Positions 12,431 to 25,319 of a stretch of DNA of 64,000 bases are shown here, piece by piece. A program made the translations under genes and the position numbers. Every line of letters starts with the position of its first letter. Position 1 is the first letter of the stretch. Location: contig CT868003.1 in the NCBI GenBank assembly GCA_000165425.1, forward strand, positions 124,001-188,000, given 5' to 3'. The notes under the pieces were generated by a model. The model searched no databases. It saw nothing but the letters and a program-made list of their open reading frames with translations, and was not told the origin of the DNA. The stretch comes from Paramecium tetraurelia (lineage: Eukaryota).

Positions 12431-14117
12431 TCATAATTTAGCTTCATTTTAAATTGTATACATTTCCATTACTTCCTCCTCTTATTTCTTAGAGCAGTAT
12501 TTATAAAGTAATATAGTCAAAACGAAACTTAATACAATGAAAATTGCAAGAAGCCACCAAATGTGTTCCTTTTTATTATTATTTTAATTTGGACTGATTT
12601 GTTAGTCTTAGTGATCCTCGGATTGTGTTGTAACATAAATAGAGACTTGTTAAGTCTCAAACAGAGAATTTATTTTAGTATGATTGAGTTCACTAACATT
12701 GATTCTATAAAGAATTTTATTTGTATTTTGAACTAAGTATTGATCAAACCGATACTCATAAGTGTCATTAATTCTACTTTGTACAAAATATGATTGAGGT
12801 TAGAGTTTTGGATCCGGGTTTCTTTGAGTTTTGAATTATTTAACATCACATTAATAACTAATTTCAAAGAGATCATTTTTTGTGATATTTGGAAGTACAT
12901 AACCCTTATTAAACTGATCCCAAATTCCTGTGGTATTTTAATCTTAAATGATGCTTTTTTTGTCACTTCTTATGATAGTTAATTTGGTAACTGAATAGCA
13001 ACCACCAAAATTTAGAATCATTTCTTTTTCTCCATCCCACTTTGCAATTAGATAAGGTTTAGCTAAATCAATTAAAGATAGAGAAGCCATGAGATTTCTA
13101 TTAATATTACCATAACCTTATTGATATTTAGTTAGTAGCTTTTAATCATAGAAATGAAGAGGAGGCCAATTTTATAGCATTTGATTGGTAGTTTCAATAG
13201 TTCCTAAAGTATTACTTTTAGGTTATTTCAAAAATCCAGCTTCAATTAAGTAAGTCAACGCTCTAGCATTAGAGGATGGTTTTAGATATTCTTCTGAATT
13301 TCTATTGCCGCAAGTATTGGTTCTATCCCATCCAGCAGCATATGCCCAATCTTCGTAACCACCATTAACTTCATAAACTAAATCAGTCATTCTGCCTATA
13401 CTATATTGTTGAATTTATAGATTATTATTTTCAGCAGCAATGTCTTTCATAATCCTTGCAATCATTTCCATGGCACTATCATCTGGTGATTCAGTAGCCA
13501 TTCCATTTTATTTATGATTACATGTTCCCCAAGAATATGAGATACTCTAAAGTAATAATTTAGAATTTTACATTGTCCCCTCCATGAAAGGTGATCCCTA
13601 ATTAGATAATATACTTGTTATAAACTTAGGCCAAACCTCGAGCAGCGTTAGTCTAAAAACAGATGCTAGACGGATTGTCAACATTGAAATCTCTATTAGC
13701 ATCCTTACCCATTTCCTCTCTTACTTTATGGTAATAGCCATAAGGATTTACCATAGGGTAGAGTAGAATTCTCCTATTATTCAAAAATTCTAATTTTGAT
13801 TCACTTGTTAGATACTTGGCTAATTCTGTGACTACATTTTGTCCAATGACTTCATCTCCATGAAAGCCAGCAGCTATTAAGACTGTTGGCAAATCAGCGG
13901 CATTAGGATTCTAAGCAAATTCTGCATAAAAAAATTGGCATTCTTCATCTCCGCAATCCAGATATCTCAGATTATCTAGATCCTTGGTTGGATAGTAGAG
14001 TCTAAAGACATCAGTGTGATCTATTTCTAGTTTTTTGAAGGTGTCTACGATTTCCTGGTATGAGTAATACTAATAGGCTTAAATCAATGAGAATAGTGTT
14101 AGAAATAAAGAATTCAT
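12431..14117 (-). CDS. Type I membrane zinc carboxypeptidase (peptidase M14)
   Basis: Signal peptide, AGFHGDE (HxxE), PMVNPYG, DANRDF, TFHGG, YEVNGGYEDWAY, C-terminal TM IWWLLAIFIVLSFVLTILL. Confidence 0.9.
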
Positions 14118-14323
14118 TTTATTTTAAATATTATACTACTCTTCATTTCACAAGGAATAACAAATAAATATCAGATAGATTTAATTTCAAATTTAGTAAA
14201 TAATAATATTATCAATAGGACTTGCTTTTAGTATATATATATAGCTCCAAATAACTTGTTAAATATATATTTTAATCCTTCTTTAAATCAATATAAAATT
14301 AATTTCCTGCATAAATTTAATTA

Positions 14324-15049
14324 ATGATTGAGGAAGAGTACAGACCTGAAGACAAGGCTTCCTTCAAAAAGAAATACAAAATATTTTAGACTCTTGCTTC
14401 AATGATTAGATAAAGAGGGTATTTTGAATCTACTCCTGCTAAACTTGTAGAGGATGAGACTTTCGAAATATTTGAGTCGAAATATCGCGATAATTTACCA
14501 GAAAAAATCGTATGCTTCAAAGTAGACTATTTAATTAATAATTGAATAGAGAGATGATGAGTCTGATAAATTACTTATCATCTTTTACACTAAATAAGCA
14601 CCTCTCACTCATGAAGAAGCAAAAAAAACCATTTAAGATTTCTCCAACAGGTAAGTTAAGAGACTCATCATGATATTTCCAACTGACCCTTTTGCAACAA
14701 AACCACAGGTCGTGGATAAAAAGGCAAGATTGTTTATCGATCAAGTTAATTCCATTTAAACTTACTCATTTGAGTTGTTTGGAGAAGACGATTTAGTCTA
14801 TGATGTTACCAAGCATGAATTAGTGCCTCAACATATTATCTTGAATGACAGAGAAAAAGAAGTAAAACTATTTGTGATTACATTTAGTTATTATTAAAAA
14901 AATACGGGTTAGTAGATAATCAATTGCCAAGGATTCTACAAAGCGACCCCATTGCCAGGTTTTTGGGACTCCATCATGGTGATGTAGTAAAGATCATAAG
15001 AAAAAGTGAAACAGCAGGATTATATGTTACCTACAGAATAGCCATATGA
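14324..15049 (+). CDS. RPB5: RNA polymerase I/II/III shared subunit RPB5
   Basis: [21 protein letters not shown]...[16 protein letters not shown]...[19 protein letters not shown]; 2 introns. Confidence 0.93.
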
Positions 15050-15113
15050 TTTGAAATATAAATTAGCTAATGTTAAATACCATTTAAGTGTCAAAGTTAT
15101 AATTCATTTTAAT

Positions 15114-15533
15114 TCATTTTAAGGCCATGTGTACAAATTTAGAAGATTCAGTACTAAATTTCACATGTTTTGGAGTTATTTTTTCATCAGAACTCGAACT
15201 ATGAAATGAATCTCTATTCTTTAAAATACCCTTTCTCTCTATTGATTCCTTCGAAATATTCAACTAACTTGTATTTTTATTAATAGAAGCATCTCGTTAA
15301 CGACAAAATTTAGATTCCTTCTAAACTGCCTTAATATCTCGCTGTTTAATTCTTAAAGCAGAACCAATCTCCTAATCCAGTGGACTATCCGACTATATTA
15401 TTTAACTAGGAGGACTTTTTGTTGCCTTCTCAACATCCGCTTTGGTTTTTATATCCAGAGTCCCCAACCGCTCATAATTTTCAAATAATGAATCAAAATT
15501 TGATTGAATCTCCAAGTCTAAATCACTCGACAT
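15114..15533 (-). CDS. Small disordered protein with GILK and RVxF motifs (putative PP1 regulator)
   Basis: Intronless 139-aa frame MSSDLDLEIQ...RKGILKNRDSFHSSSSDEKITPKHVKFSTE...ALK*. Confidence 0.7.
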
Positions 15534-15799
15534 TAATTAAAGATAATATTTAATCTAAAAACCATTATTAAAGATTAGAAGAATAAACTTAATTATTGAC
15601 ATACAAATGAATAAATATCAATTACAATTAATATTTTATGCTAATTAATTTTGAATGCTTCCTATATCAAATAATTTGAATTATTTAATGTTTCAGCTTT
15701 AAGGAAATCAACTTATTTAACTCCCTCAAATTATTTAAACTCTATTTAGTAATCCAAATATGTGCATATCACATGAGTTATGCAAACTAAAACTTGGGT

Positions 15800-16320
15800 C
15801 AAGAGAAGAATCAATTTTGTTATAGAATTTTATTCTACATTACAAAATCCCATACCAACTGTAATCAACAAAATCACTCACTTATTAATATAAATCTAAC
15901 AACTCTACAAAAATTATAGTTCAAAACCCAACTATCCAAAAAATGGAACTTTTCTTGTGCCTTAAATTCATCACTAATTTTTACTTGATAGATGTGCAAA
16001 AAGGAACATTCAATTCTTATAAACAATAAAATACCAAAACTCTCTGATCATATTAATAAGTTCAGTTCAATGTAAATTTGAATCATAAATATCATTGAAT
16101 AAAACCTGTCCTTCATCAATATACCTATTATAATTTTACCAATCATTCTATCAATCAATTAAAATACCTTAAAAAACCATTATATTTCACCTTTATTTTA
16201 TTGACTTTTTTATTTTCACATTTTATCCTTATTAAGTAATCAACAAAGTATTCCATACTAGTTAGTTTAGATCCTTATAATTTTATTATTTCTTTTCAAT
16301 CTTCAATTAAATAACATCCC
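15800..16320 (-). pseudogene. Possible decayed gene remnant
   Basis: Coding-like stretches (NDWQNYNRYIDEGQVLFNDIYDSN) flanked by intron-like gtattttaattgattgatag but interrupted by several TGA; boundaries approximate. Confidence 0.25.
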
Positions 16321-17157
16321 TAAATTTCGTATGATGTGTAAGTTTCCTGGCATCAGAAATCGTAATCAAGGAAAATGTTATAAGAGCAGTTAGGGAGATT
16401 ATTTTAATAATTAATAAAATTATAAATATTTATGTAAAATAAAGTATAAAGAATCAATTTTCTGATTAGAAAATCTCTATCAAATAAATGATTTACATCT
16501 GATGGTTTCCATTATGAGTTGTTACATACTTCTTAAATTGTTAAGTAGATTTTAATTATTGAAAAATATAATAATATAAAGGTTTTTCTTATGTTTAGAC
16601 CAAAAAACTTTGCTTTTTATTAGAATTTAATTTACGTAATATCCATATTTGACTTATACCCTAAATATTCTAGCTTAAATTTAGATTTACTCAATTCCAA
16701 AAATTATTTACATATTTGGCTCAAAATGATTCTTATAAATTCTAATAATAATTGGGATACCGAATATTAAATTAATATTTTGAAATGCTTTATTAAATGG
16801 ATGAAACCTATTTTTAAAGAAAATATTAGTAAATTAAATTCATACATAATTAATATTTTTCAAAGCCTATTTCTAAAGTAAATCTTTATAGCAATTTTTT
16901 AATAGCCTCTACGAATGTTAATAGCACCTAAATAATTCGAAAACTAAAATAACAGTGCTTTGTTAATAATACCCAGTTTTCTACCTCAGCACACTAAAAA
17001 GATTCTTTATATAAACTAAAACGCATGAAGAATCTAAATATGTTTATGAGTTTTATTAAACAATCTAAAAAGGAAACTTATATCTATTTTTATATTTTAT
17101 AATTATACAGTATTTATGTAATTTTTATTCCAATGAATTGACGCATTTATTAATAAA

Positions 17158-18170
17158 ATGAGCAAATAATATAAGACCATAAACGATTTGCCAGATTGGG
17201 TGAAAATGATCACAGGTGGTATCGCAGGTAGTGTTGCAGAGGCTATAACCATCCCTATTGATACAGCTGTATGTTACTTATCGATGTTTCAATATAGAAA
17301 GTGCGACTCTAAATCCAAAAGCCAGATGCTAATGGAAAATACAGATATCACGGATTGTTACATACAACTCGTTAAATATATAGTGATGAGGGAGTTTTAA
17401 GTTTGTTTAAGGGTCTGACAGCAGGTATTCAGAGACAATTGGTGTTTGCATCAATCCGTATTGGATTGTATGAACCTGTAAGGAATAATATTAAGTTTCA
17501 AAGACACGTGATTTCTTCTGTGGAAAAGACTTCAAAGGAGACCCTCCCCTGTCGAAAAAGATCTATGCAGGTCTCGCAACAGGTGGAATTGGTATTTCAA
17601 TAGCAAGTCCATTTGATGTGATAAAGGTGCGATTTTAAGTGGATGGAAATCTACCAGTTGAATAGCGTCGTTATAAAAACTTGACTGATGCCTACATAAA
17701 GATTTATAAGCAAGATGGGTATTTGATATTTTGAGAATTTCAGGTTGCATGGATTTTGGAGAGGAGTAACTCCAAATATCATAAGAAATGCAGTGATAAA
17801 TTGTGCTGAGTTGGCTACATTTGATCACATTAAGGAATCTTTAATTAAGACTGGGTTATTCCATGAAGGTTTAACATGCCATTTTGCCTCAAGTGCTTGT
17901 GCAGGATTCATAGCAGCTGTAGTTGGATAGCCAGTGGATTTGATTAAGACAAGAGTTATGAATCAAAATGTTGGTGTTTTAACAGTTGTGAGTAACATCA
18001 TAAAAAACGAAGTAAAAATTATAATCTATTATGAATAGGGATTGTCAAATCTGTATAATGGGTTTTCAGCAAATGCAGGTAGAATCATTACATGGAACAT
18101 TTGCATGTTTGTTACATTAGGATAAGTTAGATTATATGCATTAAATAATTTCTATAAATCACCTGAATGA
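17158..18170 (+). CDS. Mitochondrial carrier, uncoupling protein (UCP)-like
   Basis: Three carrier signatures PIDTAKVRLQ, PFDVIKVRFQ, PVDLIKTRVM; GIQRQLVFASIRIGLYEP and PNIIRNAVINCAELATFD are UCP-typical; 4 introns. Confidence 0.9.
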
Positions 18171-18188
18171 TCTAATTTTATATATAAA

Positions 18189-19358
18189 TCATGAAAAATA
18201 ATTGAATAGGTTTTCAATTGGTTCCAATTAAAATAAATTAATTTTAGAAATTTCTAATATTTTTTAGAGTCCGTTGAAGGTATTTTTGCTTAAGTAAACA
18301 TTAAGTCGTTTTTAAGATTCTTAAACTGGAGTTTGAGCCTTTTGCTTATCTAATAGGATATCTATCCAGCATCCTTAAATTGAGGCAATGTCTAAGGTTT
18401 TATAATGAGAGAAGTTTTGCAATAAAAACTAAATCAATTGATAAAATAGAATACCTTTATGTCCTTATGAGTAATTGTCAAAGATTTTATAATGAGTTTG
18501 TCAACAAGAACAGTTGGAAATTTCATTGAAGATTTCAAATCGAAAGCATTTTCTAGTAGGATTGTTTTCAATTTCTTGTGATTTGTTAGGTCTACTCCTT
18601 TTTTGAAATCCAAATAAAGCACTTCTAAGTCCAATTATTATTATAAAAAGAAGTTGAGTGTCTCTACTATTCGAGCATCCACAATAGTAATTTTCAAGTA
18701 TAGTTTCTTAAGTTTCAGTTCAATAGATATCAGTTTCTCTATGAGTTAATTTTGATCATTTCTCACCTCTAATTTTATACAAGTGATTTTGTGTTTCATA
18801 AGTTCAATTAAAGCCAGATCTGAAATTTATTGTTCCTTAATTATAATTTCCTCAATTGATGAATTTAATAGAATTTCTTATACTTCCTAAGATATTTATG
18901 GGTTATTAGTTCCTCTGAAATCAAATTTCAATTCTAAGGCTCGGAGTCCAGTATTTAATTTCATAAGGTCAGCAATATCTTCATAGCTTCGAAAGCACAA
19001 ATGAGTAATTTCTCTGATTTATGGTCTCTTCTTTTTGCCCACCAAAGAAGTCATTTAAACTCGCTTATATAAACAAGGGTATATTAAATATTTTAGGTTG
19101 GTGCATTTTGCTATGTGTAAATGATTAAGTACCTATAAATGGCTTGAAAGCTTTCATTTTAGTGTTTTATGCTTAAAAATTTAAGGACTCTATTGATTAA
19201 ATGGAATAATAATTAAACATCCTACAAACAAAGCGACACATCAATTTTTCTTTTGGTGTTAAGAATGCAAATATTTTACAAAATACAACCTTGGACGATT
19301 CAACTATGCATTTCTTCTTTACTCTTGTTTTTCGAATTTTTTTGCTTATTTAATTCAT
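18189..19358 (-). CDS. F-box-like/LRR-like protein
   Basis: VVFCKIFAFLTPKEKLMCRFVCRMF (F-box-like), followed by LEVLYL/LKTILL LRR-like strands; TGA 18189-18191. Confidence 0.6.
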
Positions 19359-19374
19359 AATATTTATAATTATA

Positions 19375-19700
19375 TCATAATTAGTGCAATTTATCAACTA
19401 TTTTCTTAAGGTTTGTAAATCAATCAATATGATAATCATCCATTTCAAGAGCTATAGAATATTTGCAATTGAATAGACAATCTTCAATGCCATTTTCATA
19501 TATTTTGGCAATTTTTTATAAATATTTTTTGAGACTTCTCTCTTCGTCAAGCTTTCTTCTATGATCTTAACATTTGACTATTTCCTAAACACTTTTTAAA
19601 TACGCTCTCTTTATTTAGGAATTGTAATAGGATTCAATTATTATGATCATTTATCCTGTATTTCAATTTCTAATTCGTTAATTTGATTCTTCTTATCCAT
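19375..19700 (-). pseudogene. Small helical protein gene with a frameshift and an internal TGA
   Basis: MDKKNQINELEIEIQDK, frameshift at AAATGA, then MIIIIESYY...EDCLFNCKYS...HID(TGA)FTNLKKIVDKLHQL*. Confidence 0.4.
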
Positions 19701-19714
19701 TAATATTAATTATT

Positions 19715-20427
19715 ATGGATATAATATTGATAATTTTTACACTTGGGTACTTGGTGTAACATGCTGGGGCTTACTTCTTGATTAAATACATTTATGAGAA
19801 AAAGAATATTTCAGGATTGGCCTTTGAAACCTAAGTGATGTATTTTATTGGAGCTGTGATGCGAATCCTCTATATCAGTGATACCAGATTATTAAGCTTC
19901 TCATTAATTTGGATTGAGTTGGTCATCTCAATTGTATTGAGTGCTTACATTTTTTATCTTTTCCATAAATACAGGTATACTCCTTTTCATCTTTTATTAT
20001 AGACATACACGTTTCCATTAAATATAAAATCCATATGTTTCATATCAAACTATCATACCCGTTTGTTTAGTCTTGTCTTTCTTTTTCCACCCTGGAACGA
20101 AGAATGAAAATTACTTCACAGTTCAAATGTTCGTATCCATGAGTATGTTTATCGAGGCTTGTGGCTTGTTGCCTCAAATTTATGTGAGGTAATTTTTTGT
20201 AGAACCCAATTAGCAAAAAAATCGGATCAATTGAAGCAGACATATCCAAATATCTTGTTGCCATGGGATTTTCCAGACTTCTTAGATTAGTCTTTTGGGT
20301 TATGAATTACATGGCTGGAGAAAAGTTTGTGTATTTAATACTTGCAGATGTTATACATACAGTCATCATCGCCGATATCATGTTCATTTGGATAAGAGAT
20401 AAAAAAAAGGGAGCTATTTTAATATGA
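19715..20427 (+). CDS. ERD2: ER lumen protein-retaining (KDEL) receptor-like
   Basis: KKNISGLAFETQVMY...R; SMFIEACGLLPQ; YLVAMGFSRLLRLVFW; ADVIHTVIIAD; 7 hydrophobic segments, 2 introns. Confidence 0.85.
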
Positions 20428-21116
20428 TAACAATCTGCTTAAATAAAATCAATTGTACATCATTATTACACAATATTAAAAAATTTAATGTTATTTACAC
20501 TTGTTTGCATGGCAACAATTGCTTTCTCGTCAATATCATATCATATCATTAATAATACTAATATATAAGTGAGAATCATTTCATAGGGTCGACCAGAAAT
20601 GTATTCATCACCTTAAATTTTAAGAAAATACACTAAAATCTGGAAGTGCAACACTTAAATAGATTCTCATGAGGATAAATTCTAATGTTGTTTTTATATA
20701 TTATATAAGAATTTAAGTATGCTCATTAATTATGATTCCAAACTAAAATGGTATTATTTAATTTAAAATATATTTAATATAACTTACTCATTTTCTGGAT
20801 TATCAGACCAATCTTATTATTAGTAGCATAAATAAGATAACTAGACTACTAGGGTTTTTTATTTAATATATAAAAAATTACATGTTTATTATGTGAAGAT
20901 TAATTAAGCTTAGTACCGAATATCTCAATCATTCCTGAATTTATAATTATTCAATACTTTTTAATTTTATTAAATCCTTTTTTTCACAAGTTTTGCAGAT
21001 GTTTCCAATATAATATCAAAAATTACATAAGCAAGATCATTCTATTAAATCAATTGTATAATAATATCTCTATTAAATAAACATATCATATATCATGCCA
21101 TTACCAATACCAATGC

Positions 21117-22379
21117 TCAAATAGAATAATGACCAGAATTCCAAAAAGTAGTAAACTCGCTATTTTTTTGTACTTTCGGAAATTTTACATATTCAGCCTT
21201 GATATGCTTCTATTCAAAAGACACCTTTTTAATTTAATGAGTTTAATACTTTCAAAATGGTTTCATTTTTTTGCGCTGTATTTTCTCTTAATTTCTCCAA
21301 GTATTGTTAGATTTATTTTTCGTTGTCCTCTTCTAGTTTGCACTTTGTTATATCCAAGATATTAGTAAAAGCCATTATTGTTTCCAAAGTTGGAATGTCC
21401 AAGGCTTTCAATTTAATGTATGTATTATTTTCAATTACTAAATAATCATATCTATGTCGAAATTAAGTGTTCTAGATTTGATCATAACAAGAAAATGCAT
21501 AGAAGATGCGAAGTTCTATTTTAAATATATAATGTATTACAAGGTAGTTTGGTAACAAATGCATTAAATACATCTTGTTTTACGCTGTTTGATTCGTAAG
21601 AGCAAAATAGTAATTCCAATATTTCAAGGTTTTTGATTGACTCCAGAAATTTTAAAAAGTTTTAGTAATGTTCTTCTTTAAAGGTTGGTCCCCACAACTT
21701 GATTTTTAATACCTTTAATTATTCCAAGGGTGGAAATTCGCTGGTAGAAAAGAAGTTATTTATCTCTTATACATGAAATGATAGAGAAACTAAACTTCTA
21801 CAACCTTCCAAAAAGCTTTTATCCTTAAGTTCCATTACAGATGACAAATCTAATTGCTTAATATTCTCGAGGGGCAACCATTTGAGTGATAAGAACTTAT
21901 TGATTCCAACAGAATTGATGGCTGTATACTTTTGGAAAAACTCTTTTAAATATTCTTGTTGAGCTTATGAATCATTCAGGAAATCATGGAAAATAACTTA
22001 AGTCAGATACTGTGGATTTACTTCGTCACATAATTTGTGTTGATCTGATGAAATTGGAGGCAACTTTATTTTGGTTAATGATGAAAATTGTTCTAGTATT
22101 ATTTGCTATAATTAAAGTACTGATAAAATTATTGAACTATTGGAACGTTCCTTTTTGTACTTGTGTGACCAGAAATCTTTTCAAGCATTGTAAAACCACA
22201 ACATTGCATTGATGAGAAACCAATCTCATTTACAAATGCTAAAAAGGTGTTAAAAATTAGAAAATCAAATCCAGGATATCAGGTATCAAAGGAAATACAA
22301 ACGATTCCTCATCCTCATTCAATTTTATTATTCTTCTTCCCTTACTAAAATCTTCCTCCTCTCCTTCAAACTATTGCAT
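21117..22379 (-). CDS. F-box/LRR-like protein
   Basis: LIPDILDLIFQFLTPFQHLQMRLVSHQC (F-box), downstream LRR-like repeats, last 25-nt intron, then TGA 21117-21119. Confidence 0.7.
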
Positions 22380-22688
22380 CAAATTATATTTATGCTTTTT
22401 ATAATTAATTAATACACTTATTCATTTTTATTGAATTCGTTTTCCTTCAGTCCTCTATCATTCAACAATCGTATATTATAATAATAGCAATCTGTTATTC
22501 GAAAGTATCCAGTTTTTTAACTATCTATGAATTTGTTCTGCCTTTATCATTTAAAATAAAGGCAAAACCTTTTGCTTCTCAAAGAAGATGGAATATGAAT
22601 CAACAATATTAACAATGTATAAGTATTGTTTTTAAATATATATGAAAAGTAGAGAAACGATTATTTTATTTAACATCAAATAAATTTA

Positions 22689-23792
22689 ATGAGTATTTCA
22701 TTGTCTGATGTGAAATTATTCATTGTAAAAAACAAAGAACCAATCATCATCAATATCTCTCAGGGCCTGGAATCAATTTTTCATCTCGAAACATTAGCTG
22801 GTACACTAAATTTAAAACAATTAAGAGCAATCTCCCATCAATATTAATTTACCTTTGGTGGATACAAGAAATCCTTTGAAAGTAAGAGTCAATAACAAAT
22901 TTGCACAATTCAATCCAAGTGAGCTCGAAAGCTTCTAATATTATAAGTTACTTCTCTAAAATGGGTAGTTAGTAGAAGGCAAGATTTCATCGAATGATGA
23001 CTACGCTTTAGCCTTTAAAATCAGACAGATCCCCAATCCTATGACCAATAATTCATCCATGTTATCTAATTCTCAATCTGTCAAAAACAAACTCTACTCA
23101 ATAGAACGAGGAACATCGGAATACTAATCTGCTTCATCTTTGAGACATAGCATACCCGAGGTATCTTTTAGTTAGGCTCAAAGGTTATTCTATTTGCATC
23201 TATTTTAGATTTACAAAAGAGTACCTCAATACAACCGAATATAATTACAACGTGCCTGGTACTATAGGTAGTGGTCGCAAAGCAAGTTTTGGATATGGAT
23301 CTAAATAAATTGCTCATGCATATGTTTAAAGAAATGCAGAATAGAATCCTCCCCCGAATGCTTATTTTCTGGGAAACCCCATTTTGTTCCGTAAAGAAAA
23401 TAAAACTAATTTGCCCCAAGATGAGAGATGGAAAAATTAAAATCTTGTGACTTTACCAGGTCCAGCCTCTTACGAAACCTCAAATTCCATAGGAACTGAC
23501 AAGGTAATTAGTTTGAAATGCTATATAGCCCGCAGCAACTATTGGGATAAGGTTTAAACCTGTGATTACTTTTAAAGATTCAGTGCCAGGTCCTAATTCT
23601 TATGAAGTAAACAATAGACTCATTGAACAATCGAGATTTAATAAAATTTCATTTGGTTATGGATAAAAAATTGATTTCACAAAAAACAATCAAACTCCAG
23701 GTCCAGGTGCTTATGATCAGAAATCAGTATTTAAAAGAAACACAAATTAGATTATTAAGAATCTTACACAATTACGTCATAATGATTCATGA
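22689..23792 (+). CDS. SHIPPO/PGP-repeat (ODF3-like) ciliary protein
   Basis: Repeats NPPPNAY, LPGPASY, VPGPNSY, TPGPGAY with SFGYG motifs; extra N-terminal beta-rich domain. Confidence 0.8.
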
Positions 23793-24248
23793 GTATAATA
23801 AATTAATCATTTTATATAATATATCTGATTAGAATGAACTGAAACTAAATCACAGCTGAATAACTGCAATGGAGTTATATTATTGTTACTAAGGGGTTTA
23901 AGGATTAATAAATATTTCAAGTAATTTGAGATACTGTATAATTTATTACTCAAATAATCACTGTGTGACAAGATCTATTATATATATTGAAAAATAAATG
24001 TTATTTCTTTTTTTTTGAAAGTAAGGAACATCTTGATAATAAGTTCTTTTTCGACTATTATTATTTAATTTGATAGTAAACTTTCATTGGTATCACTCAA
24101 GTTTAATTAGTAACTAATTTCTGGTTGCGATTTGGAGAGATAAATGAAAATTTGGATTCATTTTCAATTGTTAAACATGTAATTAAGGATTTAAAGGAAA
24201 ATAGATAACAGTTTTTAAATTATATATATAAAAATTATCTAGAAAATA

Positions 24249-24737
24249 ATGGATAAATTTGGTACTTCCTTTCAGTCTGTTGAGGGGCCAACTGATGGGC
24301 CTAATCTAAAAAATGCTAGGTTGGTGGGTGTGTACATTGGAGCCAATTGGAGTGTTCCATGTTAACGATTTACTCCTTCGTTGAGTAACTAATTATTGTA
24401 TTGAGCAGTCGAGTTTTACACGAAGATAAATGAGGATATTCAATAATTCGAAATAATTTACATTGGTATGGATGAGAATGAGGAGAAGTATAAGGAGACA
24501 GTTACTGATATGCCTTGGTTGTTTTATGATTTCAAAGAGTTTATAAAGTATTAAGTGTATTATGAATATAAAAAACATATATAAGGTAAGAATAAAAGTA
24601 ATGCTATAGGCGTCCCTTGTTTGCTTATTTTGAATCCAAACAATGGCTAAGTGATTACGAATCAAGGGAGAGGCACAGTTGAAAAGGAAGGCCAGGGAGC
24701 ATTCGAGAAATGGTTGACTCAGATGAGTTTCAAATGA
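24249..24737 (+). CDS. Nucleoredoxin/tryparedoxin-like thioredoxin-fold protein with WSVPC active site
   Basis: LVGVYIGANWSVPCQRFTPSL...FEIIYIGMD...MPWL...GVPCLLIL...VITNQGR. Confidence 0.85.
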
Positions 24738-24781
24738 TATATATAAAGATAATATTTTTGGATACTATTGTATGATTGTAT

Positions 24782-25146
24782 TCAACATTTCAAATAATCT
24801 TCCAAACTCTCCTAAGCATATTGGCCAGTTTTGGCAATGTCAAACACCTTCTAAAATTGCTAATTGCACTTTGCATTCCTTTGACTTATAAATAGTAAAG
24901 ATTGAATACACTCCCAAAAAGCAATCGATCAATGATAATGCACTATCTTTGCAAAACTCTGGTTCAACATGCTTTCCTAAGGGTGTAGATCTGCAAAGGT
25001 TAAAACTTTTCCTTTGGTCCTTGCACACTTGATTACCCTTAATAGAATAGATCATCAATTATAAGCTACACACTATAATAATAGATAATGAACCTTTCAT
25101 CATTAGTATATGTATACAAATCTTTTGCAATAGCTTGTGAGGCCAT
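24782..25146 (-). CDS. NDUFA8: Twin CX9C mitochondrial protein, likely complex I subunit NDUFA8
   Basis: CKDQRKSFNLC...EPEFCKDSALSLIDCF...KC; 2 introns; ends YLKC*. Confidence 0.65.
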
Positions 25147-25319
25147 ATTTATTCTTATAAAATATAAATATAATTAAATATATATAATATAAAAATATGA
25201 ATAATTGACAACAAATCGAAAAAACTATATTGATATACTTTTGAATTACTAATCAAATTATTTCAGTTCATTATTTACAAAACTCAAAAAAGCATCCAAA
25301 AAAATAGAAATTAAGTTTA

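Noticed and set aside
16591..17140. Long overlapping code-6 open frames
   Set aside because: With TGA as the only stop, long frames arise by chance; two frames are open and neither has recognisable motifs.
20488..21100. Open frame with a signal-peptide-like start
   Set aside because: No motif support, composition resembles intergenic DNA, and it runs into the neighbouring gene's 3' end. It cannot be excluded without RNA data.
22539..22564. 9-bp inverted repeat TGCCTTTAT/ATAAAGGCA
   Set aside because: Isolated hairpin with no accompanying boxes or other support.
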